64,000 nt of DNA, from assembly GCA_035533335.1 (NCBI GenBank), contig DATLUC010000031.1:45814-109813 (forward strand). Direction: 5' to 3'. Positions 1-9,331 of the stretch are shown here, piece after piece (position 1 is the first letter of the stretch; the number at the start of each line of letters is the position of its first letter). The translations under genes and the position numbers were made by a program. Source of the DNA: Candidatus Baltobacterales bacterium. Lineage in GTDB: Bacteria; Chloroflexota; Dormibacteria; Dormibacterales; Dormibacteraceae. The notes beneath the pieces are model-generated. The model saw only the letters and a list, made by a program, of their open reading frames with translations, had not been told where the DNA came from and ran no database searches.

Positions 1-203
1 TAGGGCGCCACGAAACGCTCGATGGCGATGGCGGCTTCGACGCCGGCGTGCGCGGCGCCAATGCCGGTCAGGCCGTCATCGGTCTGGACCTCGATCAGGA
101 CCATGAGCAGGTCCGGCTGGTTGCGGCCCCGTGCCCAGGCGGGGTGGAACTCTTGCTCGAGCGGGAAGTCGACGACGCGGCAGGTGATGCGCTCGATCTT
201 CAA
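1..203 (-). CDS. Enolase-superfamily enzyme (mandelate racemase/muconate lactonizing family), 5' part only; gene runs off the window
   Basis: Manual minus-strand translation from TTG at 203-201 gives LKIERITCRVVDFPLEQEFHPAWARGRNQPDLLMVLIEVQTDDGLTGIGAAHAGVEAAIAIERFVAP. This parallels the N-terminus of the 1213..2379 paralog. The TTG overlaps the stop of the upstream gene (TTGA). Confidence 0.6.
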   Translation of the reverse strand, partial: MKIERITCRVVDFPLEQEFHPAWARGRNQPDLLMVLIEVQTDDGLTGIGAAHAGVEAAIAIERFVAP

Positions 204-1165
204 TCGCGTGTCACGGCGGCGAGCACGCGGGCCGACTCGAGGATCGATTCCTCGACCGGGACGAACGGGTCCTCGTACTCGATGCTGATGGTGCCGCCGA
301 AGCCCTGGTCACGCAGCATTCCGACGAATCGCCGCCACCATTCCTCGTCATGTCCCCGGCCGACGGTGGCGAAGTTCCATGGCATGTCGTCCGGCGGGCT
401 GGGCCAGCGGTTGTCGAGCATCCCGTTCAGAGCCAAGCGGCGCTGGTGGATGGTTGTGTCCTTGCCGTGAACATGGCCGATGCGGTCGCCCAGCGCCTCG
501 ATCATCGCGAGCGGATCCATCGACTGCCAGAAGAAGTGGCTCGGATCGAGGTTGACCCCGAGGTTGGATCCCAGCTGGCGCAACCGGCTGAACGTCTCGA
601 AGTTGTAGACGTAGGTCCCGGGGTGGAGCTCGAAGCAGATCAGGAGCTGGGGATGCTCGCGGCGGGCGAGGGCCGAGATCTCGATCCAGTACGGCGCCAC
701 GCGCTCCCTCCACTGCCAGTCGGCGATCCGTTCGAGGTCAGGCAGCCAGCCGCCGCCGCTAAAGTGCGGCGCCGAGCGGTCGGTAGCCGAGGCGCCTGGG
801 CAGCCCGACATGGCGACGACGCGGTTCACGCCCAGCTCGGCCGCGAGCCGGATCGCCTGGCGCAGGTCAGCGTCGTGACGAGCGGCGATCTCCGGGTTCG
901 GGTGCAGCGGGTTGCCCGATACGTTGAGCGCCGAGATGCCCAGGCCCGCATCGACGATGGGCCGGCGCCACTCGCGGACGGCGGTTGACTTGCCGAGCAG
1001 CGCGGCGACATCGCAGTGGGGCGCGGGCGAGTAGCCCCCGACTCCCAGCTCGAGGTCCTCGACCAGGCCGGTCCGAGAAGCCCAATCCACCACCTCTTCC
1101 AGGGTGCGCTCGGGCAGGGCGTCGGTCAGGAGGCCAATTCGCAGCTCACGATTGGAGCGTTCCAA
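200..1165 (-). CDS. Sugar phosphate isomerase/epimerase (xylose isomerase-like TIM barrel)
   Basis: 321-aa ORF. The pattern of conserved H/D/E residues (FELHPGT, NLDPSHF, HVHGKD, ISIEYED) is typical of the AP endonuclease 2/xylose isomerase-like TIM family. Confidence 0.8.
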   Translation of the reverse strand: MERSNRELRIGLLTDALPERTLEEVVDWASRTGLVEDLELGVGGYSPAPHCDVAALLGKSTAVREWRRPIVDAGLGISALNVSGNPLHPNPEIAARHDADLRQAIRLAAELGVNRVVAMSGCPGASATDRSAPHFSGGGWLPDLERIADWQWRERVAPYWIEISALARREHPQLLICFELHPGTYVYNFETFSRLRQLGSNLGVNLDPSHFFWQSMDPLAMIEALGDRIGHVHGKDTTIHQRRLALNGMLDNRWPSPPDDMPWNFATVGRGHDEEWWRRFVGMLRDQGFGGTISIEYEDPFVPVEESILESARVLAAVTRD

Positions 1166-1212
1166 AATGTTCGTTCAAAATATGGCCCCGCAGGGTGTTT
1201 GTCAACGTGGAG

Positions 1213-2379
1213 TCAGCCGAAGCGGGCCACCGTGTGGCGCTCGACCAGCTCCTCGTCGAGGGTGAAGCCGAACCCGGGTCCCTGGGGCAGGGCCAGTGTG
1301 CCGTCGGCTTCGATCCACGGCCTGGGCTCGATCATCTGGCTCAGGGCCGAGGCCGGCCAGCCGGGCGGCTCGTGGGGGAACTCGAACCAGGACCGGTTGG
1401 GGATCGAGGCGACCAGGTGCAGGTTGGCCAGCAGCCCGATGCCATGCGTCCAGGTGTGCGGGGCCATCGTGAGCCCGGCCGCCTCGGCCAGCGCCGCGAT
1501 CTTCCTCAGCTGGTAGACGCCCTCCGAAAGGACCGCGTCCGGCTGCAGGATGTCGTAGCACCCACGCTCGATCAGCAGCTTGAACTCGTGGATTCCATGG
1601 TTGTTCTCGCCCCCCGCCAGCCGTAGCGTGCCGAGGCGGTCGCGCAGTCGCTTCAGCCCCGCGTAATCGTGCCGCGGAAGCGGCTCTTCGAGCCAGGTGA
1701 CGCCCAGCCTTTCGAGCTCCAGCGCCACGCCGGCCGCGACCGGGAAGCTCCACTGCCGATGGCCGCCGAACCCGGGCGCCAGGCCCGCCTGGTTGGCGTC
1801 GACCAGGACGGCGAGCCGTTCGCCGAACTCTGCTCGCAGGGCCTCGACCACGCGAATGTCTTCGCGTGGGTCGTCGGAGTGGAAGCGCAGCTTGACCGCC
1901 TTGAACCCGTCGTCGAGGATCCGCTGGCAGTCCTCCACCCGGCGCTCCGGCGAGCGGATCTCGCCGGTTGCGCAGTACGCCGGCACACGGTCGGTCTCGG
2001 CCCCCCACATCTTGTACACAGGCATCCCCGCCGCTTTGCCGGCGATGTCCCATAGTGCAATCTCGACGCAGTAAACAGGCGGTCCCAGGATCTCGCTGTC
2101 CTTGAGAATCCCCGTCAGCTGCTCAGGTCGCGCAGCGTCGCGTCCGAGGAGGTGCGGGGTAACGAACCGGTCGATGGCGATCGCGGTCTCGGAACGCGCC
2201 TCGGCCCCGGCGATTCCAGTGATGCCGGCTTCGGTCTCGACCTCGACCACCGTCATGAAGAAGCTCTTCTGGATTTCGCCGCGTCCCCAGGCCGGCCTGA
2301 ACTCCCGCGGCAGCGGCAGATCGAGCACCCGCGAGCGGATACGTGTGATCCGCGTGTCGGGACGAGACGAAGTTGTCAC
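1213..2379 (-). CDS. Enolase-superfamily dehydratase/racemase (mandelate racemase/muconate lactonizing family)
   Basis: 388-aa ORF with an N-terminal capping domain (VVEVETEAGITGIAGAEA) and barrel domain motifs (KLRFHSD, LVDANQA, LEEPL, ILQPD). Confidence 0.85.
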   Translation of the reverse strand: MTTSSRPDTRITRIRSRVLDLPLPREFRPAWGRGEIQKSFFMTVVEVETEAGITGIAGAEARSETAIAIDRFVTPHLLGRDAARPEQLTGILKDSEILGPPVYCVEIALWDIAGKAAGMPVYKMWGAETDRVPAYCATGEIRSPERRVEDCQRILDDGFKAVKLRFHSDDPREDIRVVEALRAEFGERLAVLVDANQAGLAPGFGGHRQWSFPVAAGVALELERLGVTWLEEPLPRHDYAGLKRLRDRLGTLRLAGGENNHGIHEFKLLIERGCYDILQPDAVLSEGVYQLRKIAALAEAAGLTMAPHTWTHGIGLLANLHLVASIPNRSWFEFPHEPPGWPASALSQMIEPRPWIEADGTLALPQGPGFGFTLDEELVERHTVARFG

Positions 2380-2571
2380 CGCCAGCCATCCTATCCGTCA
2401 CAGCTCGCAGGAGCGCCGCACTTGAGTTTGCTGCGGCCATCCCGCTAAGGTGAATCCAGTGGGGACATGCTGACCCGCCGCCGTGCGGTGGACCATTGCC
2501 GGTGCTCATCGGCGCTCTGTACTTGCTGCGCTCCCGTTTTCTTTTGACGCAGCATTTCAAGGAGGTTTCTG

Positions 2572-3081
2572 ATGAGTGTCACAGACGAGCTGGTTCAAAA
2601 CAACGAGGCTTATTCCCGTTCGTTCAAGATGGCCGATCTGTCGATGCCGCCGGCCAAAAGTGTGGCCGTTCTCGCCTGCATGGACGCGAGGCTCGACGTG
2701 CACAAGATCCTCGGCCTGCAGGTGGGCGAGGCGCACGTCATCCGCAATGCCGGCGGCGTCGCCACCGATGATGCCATCCGTTCGCTGGTCATCTCGCAGC
2801 GCCTGCTGGGCACCAAGGAGATCGTGCTGATCCACCACACGGACTGCGGGATGCTGACCTTCAAGGACGACGAGCTCAAGGGCCAGATCGAGAAGGAGAC
2901 CGGGATCCGCCCGCCGTTTGCGCTGGAGGCGTTCAGCAGCCTCGAGGGGGACGTGGAGCAGTCGATCGCCCGCATCAAGGCAAGTCCGTTCATTCCCAAC
3001 AAGTCGAGCGTTCGGGGCTTTGTCTATGACGTCAAGACTGGACGCCTGAACGAAGTCAAGGTCACCGTGGCCGTCCGCTGA
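2572..3081 (+). CDS. Beta-class carbonic anhydrase
   Basis: 169 aa with zinc-ligand motifs CMDARLD and HHTDCGM. AAGGAGG Shine-Dalgarno lies 7 nt upstream of the ATG. Confidence 0.9.
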   Translation: MSVTDELVQNNEAYSRSFKMADLSMPPAKSVAVLACMDARLDVHKILGLQVGEAHVIRNAGGVATDDAIRSLVISQRLLGTKEIVLIHHTDCGMLTFKDDELKGQIEKETGIRPPFALEAFSSLEGDVEQSIARIKASPFIPNKSSVRGFVYDVKTGRLNEVKVTVAVR

Positions 3082-3156
3082 CCGAAGAAGTCCTGTTGGG
3101 GCGCCTGGGCTCGCACAGTCCGGGCGCCCCCGTGCCGTCGCCTAAGCTTTCGTCCG

Positions 3157-3408
3157 ATGAGGCTGGCCGTGGGCAACGTTTTGTCGTGGCTCGTCACGGG
3201 GTTGTTCGGCGTCATCACACTCGCCCTCGCCTTCGAAAGCTGGGCGCTGCTCACGGGCCATACCCCGATCACCGACTACGTGCGGCCGGCCGTCCATTCG
3301 TACCCAGGGGTGGCCTTCTTCATCGCAGTCGTGATCGGCCTGCTGCTCGGCCACTTCCTGTGGGGCCCGGCCTGGGGTAGGACCTCGCCGTCGGGCGACC
3401 GGCCGTGA
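3157..3408 (+). CDS. Small two-TM membrane protein, unknown family (paralog 1)
   Basis: 83-aa ORF with high GC3. It shares the C-terminal motif AVVIGLLLGHFLW with the next ORF. Confidence 0.5.
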   Translation: MRLAVGNVLSWLVTGLFGVITLALAFESWALLTGHTPITDYVRPAVHSYPGVAFFIAVVIGLLLGHFLWGPAWGRTSPSGDRP

Positions 3409-3617
3409 CGTTCAACCCTCCGGCGGTCCTCTCTCTCATCGCGACCGCCGGCTCGCTGTTCGCATTTCTCCTGATGCTCGAGGAGTCGATCGCGCTCGCG
3501 CGGGGCCGCGACCCGATGAGCAACAGCGTGCGCGCGGTGGTCAGGAGATTCCCTCGCGTGACATATGCCTTCGCCGTCCTCATCGGCATGCTGCTCGGCC
3601 ACCTGTTCTGGCCATAA
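3405..3617 (+). CDS. Small two-TM membrane protein, unknown family (paralog 2)
   Basis: 70-aa ORF whose GTG start overlaps the stop of paralog 1 (GTGA). C-terminal motif AVLIGMLLGHLFW. Confidence 0.5.
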   Translation: MTFNPPAVLSLIATAGSLFAFLLMLEESIALARGRDPMSNSVRAVVRRFPRVTYAFAVLIGMLLGHLFWP

Positions 3618-3646
3618 ACCCCGCGCCGACCGCCCGCCGCTCGGAG

Positions 3647-4534
3647 GTGGTGGGAACGGCGATGGTCCTGATCTCGGCCACAGGCTTTGGCACGCTGGCC
3701 ATCTTCGCCAAGCTCGCGTACGCGTCCGGGTTGGGCACCGAGCAGACGCTTGCATTCCGGTTCACGCTCGCGGCGATCGGCATGTGGGCGCTGGCGAGCG
3801 CGCTCGGGCAGCAGCCCTGGCGCCTGGCGAGAAGGGACCTGGTCACTCTTGGCCTGCTCGGCGCGGTCGTGTACACGGGGCAGTCGTTGACCTATTTCAT
3901 CGCGCTCCGCACCCTGCCCGCCTCGCTCGTGGTGCTCATCGCCTACATCTACCCCAGCCTGGTCGTCGTCGCAGGCTGGATCTTCCTGGGCCGAGAGGTC
4001 TCCGTGTGGCATGGGGTCGCGCTGGCGGCCAGCTTCGTGGGCGTCGCGATGCTCGTAGGCGGCGCTCACTTTCAGATCGCTTGGGCGGTGCTCTTCGCCA
4101 TCGCCTCGCCGGCGATCTACACCGGTTACATCCTGATCGGCGAGCGTGTCATGCGCTCAGTTCCCGCGGTCGGCGCCAGCGCGGTAATCATGTCGGGCGC
4201 TGCACTTGCGTTTTGCGTGCTGGCGGCGTTCGGCCACCAGGTCGCCGCGCCACCCAACGTGAACGGATGGGCTGTGGCGGTCGGCATCGCCTTCTTCCCG
4301 ACCATGCTCGCGATTTCGCTGTTCCTCGCGGGCCTGCCCCGCATCGGCGCCGCGCGGGCAGCGCTGATCAGCACCTGGGAGCCGGTGGTCACCGTAATCC
4401 TCGCGGTCACTCTCCTCGGCGACCACCTGTCTCCGGTGCAGGTGGCAGGCGGGGTGCTCGTCCTGCTCGCCGTCGTGGTGGTGCAGGCTGCGCACCTGTG
4501 GCGGCCGGGGGCGCCGAGCGCGATGAAACCCTAG
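3647..4534 (+). CDS. EamA/DMT-family transporter
   Basis: 295 aa with about 10 hydrophobic segments and a duplicated EamA-like organisation. Confidence 0.85.
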   Translation: MVGTAMVLISATGFGTLAIFAKLAYASGLGTEQTLAFRFTLAAIGMWALASALGQQPWRLARRDLVTLGLLGAVVYTGQSLTYFIALRTLPASLVVLIAYIYPSLVVVAGWIFLGREVSVWHGVALAASFVGVAMLVGGAHFQIAWAVLFAIASPAIYTGYILIGERVMRSVPAVGASAVIMSGAALAFCVLAAFGHQVAAPPNVNGWAVAVGIAFFPTMLAISLFLAGLPRIGAARAALISTWEPVVTVILAVTLLGDHLSPVQVAGGVLVLLAVVVVQAAHLWRPGAPSAMKP

Positions 4535-4561
4535 GGTCGTCTCCAGAAATTCGCGCCGGAC

Positions 4562-5197
4562 CTAGCTTCGCTTGATGACGATCACCGAGATCTCGTCCGC
4601 CGCCCGGTCGATGCGGTCGGCCGAGTTCTTGAGGTGCCGGTAGATCTCCCTCGACTTGAGGATCTGGTTCATCTCCGCGCCGCTGTCGAACAGATGGCCG
4701 ACGGCGAGGTGGTACAGGCCGTCGATCCTGTTCTCCGAACGCTTGGCCCGCACAGCGTGGTCGGATGCCACCCTCGGGTGATCCAGCAGCTCTGAGACGG
4801 CGGCGCGGATGTGACGGGCCCCCTCAACGAGCACGCCCGCCATCTCCTGGAGGCCCGCGGGCGGCGGGATCTTGTAGATCGCCAGCTCGATGGCGGTCTC
4901 GTTGGCCGCGTCGAGGATGTCGTCCACCGCGCGTGAAAGCGCGAACAGGTCCTCGCGGTCGAACGGGGTCGCGTAGGTGTGCGCCAGCTCGTCGATCAGG
5001 ATCCGGCGCTTGGAATCGCCTTCGCGTTCGATCTCCTTGATCTCGTCGATGATCTCGGCGTCCGCGGAATCCTCGCGGCCGAACTTCTCGAGCGCCTGCA
5101 GCGCCCGGATGGTGAGGTCGGCCTGCTCGGACAGGAGCGCAACGAAGCGGCGATCGTTGGAACGGGCGAGCGCCTTGATGGTCCGGCCGAAGCTCAT
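4562..5197 (-). CDS. DUF47 family PhoU-like phosphate transport regulator
   Basis: The ORF track gives 4562..5305. The conserved sequence starts at MSFGRTIKALARS (ATG 5197). That ATG overlaps the stop of the upstream PiT gene (ATGA). Confidence 0.85.
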   Translation of the reverse strand: MSFGRTIKALARSNDRRFVALLSEQADLTIRALQALEKFGREDSADAEIIDEIKEIEREGDSKRRILIDELAHTYATPFDREDLFALSRAVDDILDAANETAIELAIYKIPPPAGLQEMAGVLVEGARHIRAAVSELLDHPRVASDHAVRAKRSENRIDGLYHLAVGHLFDSGAEMNQILKSREIYRHLKNSADRIDRAADEISVIVIKRS

Positions 5198-6186
5198 GGC
5201 GCCACCCCCGCGGCCCGGACCGCGAGGTGTAACGCTGCCGTGACCACCACCGCAAGCGGGAGCGTCAAAAGCCACGATCCGAGCATCTCTCGCACGATGC
5301 CCCACCTGACGGCGGATGCTCGTAGAGCGGCGCCGACGCCGACCAGGCCGCCGTCGATCGTCTGCGTCATGCTGACCGGCGCACCAGCCGTAGCGAGCGC
5401 GGCGACCACTGTGCCGGACGCAAGTTGCTGAGCAAGCGCCTGCACCGGGCGGACTCGCAAAACACCAAACCCGATGCGGCTAGCCACGCGCCAGCCGCCG
5501 ACAAGCGCACCAACATAGAAAAGGACGAATGCGCCAATGATAGGGATGGGACTCGAAAACGCCACAGTTGCCGAATGGTTCCCCAGCGCGATGCCGACGG
5601 CGATCAGCCCGACGGACTTCTCCATGTCGTTCGCGCCGTAGGCGAATGCCTGGATGGCGGCCGTGACGAGCTGAAGCCTGGCGAGCTCCAGCATCGATGC
5701 ATGCGGCCGCGTTCCCATGAGCTTGCGGATGCCCCAGTAGACCAGCAGCGAGAGCAGGCCGCCGCCGAACACGGACACCGGCATTCCGATCAATACACGC
5801 ACGACGCCCGGCCAGTGCACGACCGCGTGGCCGCCTGACGCCAGCACCCAACCGAGCATCCCGCCGACCAGGGCCAGGGTCATGCTCGTCGGGATCCCAG
5901 CCCGCCAGGACAACAGGACGACCGACAGCGGCGCCAGCACGATCATCACGTAACCCAGCTCGCCCTGGCCGCGTAGGTCGACGATGTTGACGCCGATCGT
6001 GCGAGCGACCGCGGTGCCGATGACTAGCGGTCCGGCGACGCTGATGAGCAGCAGGCCGGCTGCCACCGGGGGAGTCACGACTCGTCCGGATGTGAACGAG
6101 GCCAGCAGGTTGCCGCCGTCATTGAAGCCGGATACCACGCCGAAGAGACCGGCTGCGACGAGCGTGATGATGGCGGCGGCGTTCAA
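5194..6186 (-). CDS. Inorganic phosphate transporter, PiT family
   Basis: Two PiT signature motifs (GFNDGGN and GANDMEKSVG) and multiple TM segments. The start is uncertain. The upstream part of the 422-aa ORF is not PiT-like and would overlap the UbiB gene, so TTG at 6186 is my best guess. Confidence 0.8.
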   Translation of the reverse strand: MNAAAIITLVAAGLFGVVSGFNDGGNLLASFTSGRVVTPPVAAGLLLISVAGPLVIGTAVARTIGVNIVDLRGQGELGYVMIVLAPLSVVLLSWRAGIPTSMTLALVGGMLGWVLASGGHAVVHWPGVVRVLIGMPVSVFGGGLLSLLVYWGIRKLMGTRPHASMLELARLQLVTAAIQAFAYGANDMEKSVGLIAVGIALGNHSATVAFSSPIPIIGAFVLFYVGALVGGWRVASRIGFGVLRVRPVQALAQQLASGTVVAALATAGAPVSMTQTIDGGLVGVGAALRASAVRWGIVREMLGSWLLTLPLAVVVTAALHLAVRAAGVAP

Positions 6187-6238
6187 GTCCGCTGCATCGT
6201 AAGCGGCTGCCTGGCGCCAGGTGCGCGTTGATCCTGTG

Positions 6239-7897
6239 ATGGGGATCTCCCTGCGGCCCGAGCACCTGAAGAGATACAAGGACATCGCCCTGCTCATCGC
6301 GCGCCATGGCCGTCCCGGGATGATCAAAGACGCCGGGCTCGAGCAAGCGCTGGCCGGCGAGTCTTCGAACGGGCACGTCACGACGGCTGACGCCGAGGCG
6401 CTGGCGGCAGACCTCGAGAAGCTCGGGCCGACGTTTATCAAGCTCGGCCAGGTCCTGTCCACCCGCTACGACATGTTGCCCGACGCGTACGTGGACGCTC
6501 TGGTCCGGCTCCAGGATGACGTGGCCCCGTTTCCCTTCGCCGAGGTCGAGCAGATCGTCAACACGGAGCTGGGGCTGCGGATGTCGAAGGCGTTCCTGGA
6601 GTTCGAACCGGTGCCGATCGCCGCGGCCAGCCTCGGCCAGGTCCACCGGGCGAAGCTGCGCGACGGCAGGCGTGTGGCGGTGAAGGTGCAGAGGCCGGGC
6701 ATCCACCAGACGGTTGCGGACGACCTCGACGCGCTCGAGCAGATCGCGGAATGGATCGATGATCACACCGACTTCGGCCGCGGCCACCACCTCGAGGACT
6801 TCCTGGCCGAGTTCCGCAAGAGCCTCCTCCGCGAGCTGGACTACCGGCGCGAGGCGCAGAACCTGGTCACGCTGGCACGCAACCTCGAGGAGTTCAAACT
6901 AATCCTGGTCCCGCAGCCGGTCGACGATTACACGACGAGCCGGGTGCTGACGATGGATTACGTCGACGGCACGAAGATCACCAAGCTGAGCCCGGTCGCG
7001 CGCCTGGAGCTTCCTGGGAAGGAGCTGGCCGGGGACCTGTTCCGCGCGTACCTCAAGCAGATCCTCATCGACGGCTTCTTCCACGCCGACCCGCACCCCG
7101 GCAATGTGTTCATCACGCGCGACCACCGGCTGGCGCTGTTGGATCTAGGGATGGTCGCGTACATCCCGCCGCAGATGCAGTCGCAACTGACCCAGCTCGT
7201 GCTGGCCATCAGCGAGGGCCGCAGCGACGATGTGGTGATCTACGCCTTGCAGGTCTCGCAGCGCACACCGTCATTCGACGAGCCGGGGTTCACAAGGGCC
7301 ATCGCCGACCTCGTCGCGACGCAGCATAACCGCACGCTCGAGCAGACCGAGGTGGGCAAGGTAGTGCTAGAGGTCCTCACGGTATCCGGCCGCTACGGGG
7401 TGATCCTGGCGCCGGAATTTGGCATGCTGGGGCGCGCGCTGCTCAATCTCGACCAGGCAGGTGCGATGCTCGACCCTCGGTTCGACCCCAATCAGGCGAT
7501 CCGCGACAGCGCGGCGGAGATCGTCCGCCGCCGCATGGCGCAGAGCGTGTCGCCGGGCCGAATGCTGCAGAACCTCATCGAGGTCAAAGAATTCGCGGAA
7601 CGTATGCCGGGGCGCGTGAACCGGATCCTGGACGCCGTCGCCAACAATGAGGTCGAGATCAAGGTCTCCGCGTTCGACGAGAACAAGCTCATGAGCGGCT
7701 TCCAGAAGATCGCCAACCGCATCACGCTCGGCCTCTTGATGGCCGCGCTGATCATCGGAGCCGCGATGCTCATGCAGGTCTCGACCAGCTTCCGGATCTT
7801 CGGCTACCCGGGGATCGCCATCATCTTCTTCTCGCTCGCGGCGGTCGGCGGCGTGGGGCTGATGCTCCAGATCCTGCGCGACGAGCGCCGCGCCTAG
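6239..7897 (+). CDS. ABC1/UbiB-family atypical kinase with C-terminal TM segments
   Basis: ABC1 domain motifs (KLGQVLSTRYDMLP, AAASLGQVHRA, VAVKVQRPG, FHADPHPGN). The start is either GTG 6221 or ATG 6239. Confidence 0.85.
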   Translation: MGISLRPEHLKRYKDIALLIARHGRPGMIKDAGLEQALAGESSNGHVTTADAEALAADLEKLGPTFIKLGQVLSTRYDMLPDAYVDALVRLQDDVAPFPFAEVEQIVNTELGLRMSKAFLEFEPVPIAAASLGQVHRAKLRDGRRVAVKVQRPGIHQTVADDLDALEQIAEWIDDHTDFGRGHHLEDFLAEFRKSLLRELDYRREAQNLVTLARNLEEFKLILVPQPVDDYTTSRVLTMDYVDGTKITKLSPVARLELPGKELAGDLFRAYLKQILIDGFFHADPHPGNVFITRDHRLALLDLGMVAYIPPQMQSQLTQLVLAISEGRSDDVVIYALQVSQRTPSFDEPGFTRAIADLVATQHNRTLEQTEVGKVVLEVLTVSGRYGVILAPEFGMLGRALLNLDQAGAMLDPRFDPNQAIRDSAAEIVRRRMAQSVSPGRMLQNLIEVKEFAERMPGRVNRILDAVANNEVEIKVSAFDENKLMSGFQKIANRITLGLLMAALIIGAAMLMQVSTSFRIFGYPGIAIIFFSLAAVGGVGLMLQILRDERRA

Positions 7898-9327
7898 CGC
7901 GAAGCCAGCCGGTCTCGCAAGCTCGACAGGATCGGATGAATCTCGTGGGCGCCGATGACCCGCGACGTGTCGATCCCCCAGTCCTTCTTGGCCAGCACGA
8001 ACGGGTGCAGCTGCTCGCCCCCGATGGACCCGTGGCCGCCGGCCTGATTCTCGAAGTTGACCTGCTTGCCATTGATGAACGAGCCGAAGACGACGAGGTC
8101 GCCTGCGGCCTCGAACGAGTTGAGGCGAGAGAGCTGGGAACGCAGGATCCCCGCGTCGTCGTAGCGCGCCAGGAGCGACGTGAGCGCATCGCCCTCCAGC
8201 TCAGCGCCGTTCTTCATGAACACGTCCCGGTCATCGTCTCGCGCCATGAGCAGGGCGACCTCATCGAGTGTCGAGAGGCGGGCCGCGAGGTCCGGATGTC
8301 GCCGCAACACCTCGCGATAGCCGAGCCGCCTGGCCTCGCTCGCGAAATAGATGTGAGCCAGGCCACCTGAGAAGGTCACGTTGACCTGGCCCTTCGCCTG
8401 GTCCGGCGGCGGCCCGTACGCCTTGCCCTTCATCTCCTGCACGCGGAACCCGGGGAGCCAGTCCGCGATCAGCTCCCCGAAGCCGGGCTTGCCGTGCTGC
8501 TTGAAGTGGACGGTGTCGATCTGGCCGTGGTCGGAGAGCACGACCAGCTCGTAGCGGTCGCCCCGCGCGGCCGCCACCTTCTTGATCGTGCGGTCGACGT
8601 GTCGCAGGACACGCAGCGAGGAGGGGTCGTCGGGCCCGAAGGCATGGCCCGTCTCGTCGAATGCGTAGAAGCCTGCGTAGATCGGCGAGAACCCTTCGCG
8701 CATCGCCTTGAGCACGGCGTAGCGAGTGATGTGGTGGACGAAGATCTCCTCGAGCACGTCGCTGATGAGGTAGGCCCTGGCCGGGTGCTGACCGCTCGCC
8801 CGAGACATCGTGTACTCCTGGACCGTGCGCCCGAGAACGAGGACCGCCTGGAGAAACCAGTCGGCGACGTGAGCCGGGTTGGCGATGTAGGGGAGTACGA
8901 CGTTCCATGCCGAACTCGACCGCTTGTCGCCCGTGTACGAGCGGTCCTGGTACGCGATGCCAAAGTCGTCCGCCGCGCCGGCCGGGTAGCAGGCCGCGAT
9001 GCAGGCGCCGTCCTGGGTCAGCGGCCGGCAGCCCTGGAAGTACTTGTCGGCGACCTTCTTGAAGGTCGAGCCCGCGCCGAACTGCACGAGAACTCGGCGC
9101 TCGCGGTCCCACCAGCGAAAGCTCGGGATCTCGGAGTTGTCCCCGTACAGGATGCCCGCCTGCACGAACGGCGTGGTCGACGGCAGGCCGCAGCGATAGC
9201 GGTGGATCTCGTAGCCCTCGCTTTCCATCAGCTGCCGGACGAACGGCATGTCCCCTTCGCGAAGCGCCTGCTCCAGCGAGTCGGCGCCAAGGCCGTCGAT
9301 GTGCAGGATGACGAGGCGCTCTGCCAT
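7894..9327 (-). CDS. Alkaline-phosphatase-superfamily protein (nucleotide pyrophosphatase/phosphodiesterase-like)
   Basis: 477 aa. N-terminal ILHIDGLGAD and STTPFVQAG, and later SDHGQ, match the type I phosphodiesterase/AP-superfamily metal and nucleophile motifs. Confidence 0.75.
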   Translation of the reverse strand: MAERLVILHIDGLGADSLEQALREGDMPFVRQLMESEGYEIHRYRCGLPSTTPFVQAGILYGDNSEIPSFRWWDRERRVLVQFGAGSTFKKVADKYFQGCRPLTQDGACIAACYPAGAADDFGIAYQDRSYTGDKRSSSAWNVVLPYIANPAHVADWFLQAVLVLGRTVQEYTMSRASGQHPARAYLISDVLEEIFVHHITRYAVLKAMREGFSPIYAGFYAFDETGHAFGPDDPSSLRVLRHVDRTIKKVAAARGDRYELVVLSDHGQIDTVHFKQHGKPGFGELIADWLPGFRVQEMKGKAYGPPPDQAKGQVNVTFSGGLAHIYFASEARRLGYREVLRRHPDLAARLSTLDEVALLMARDDDRDVFMKNGAELEGDALTSLLARYDDAGILRSQLSRLNSFEAAGDLVVFGSFINGKQVNFENQAGGHGSIGGEQLHPFVLAKKDWGIDTSRVIGAHEIHPILSSLRDRLASR

Positions 9328-9331
9328 GTCT

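Noticed and set aside
2515-2555. Inverted repeat TGCTGCG-N17-CGCAGCA upstream of the carbonic anhydrase gene as a specific operator
   Set aside because: It is a short GC-rich dyad close to the Shine-Dalgarno and could equally be a chance hairpin. I could see no second copy or partner regulator.
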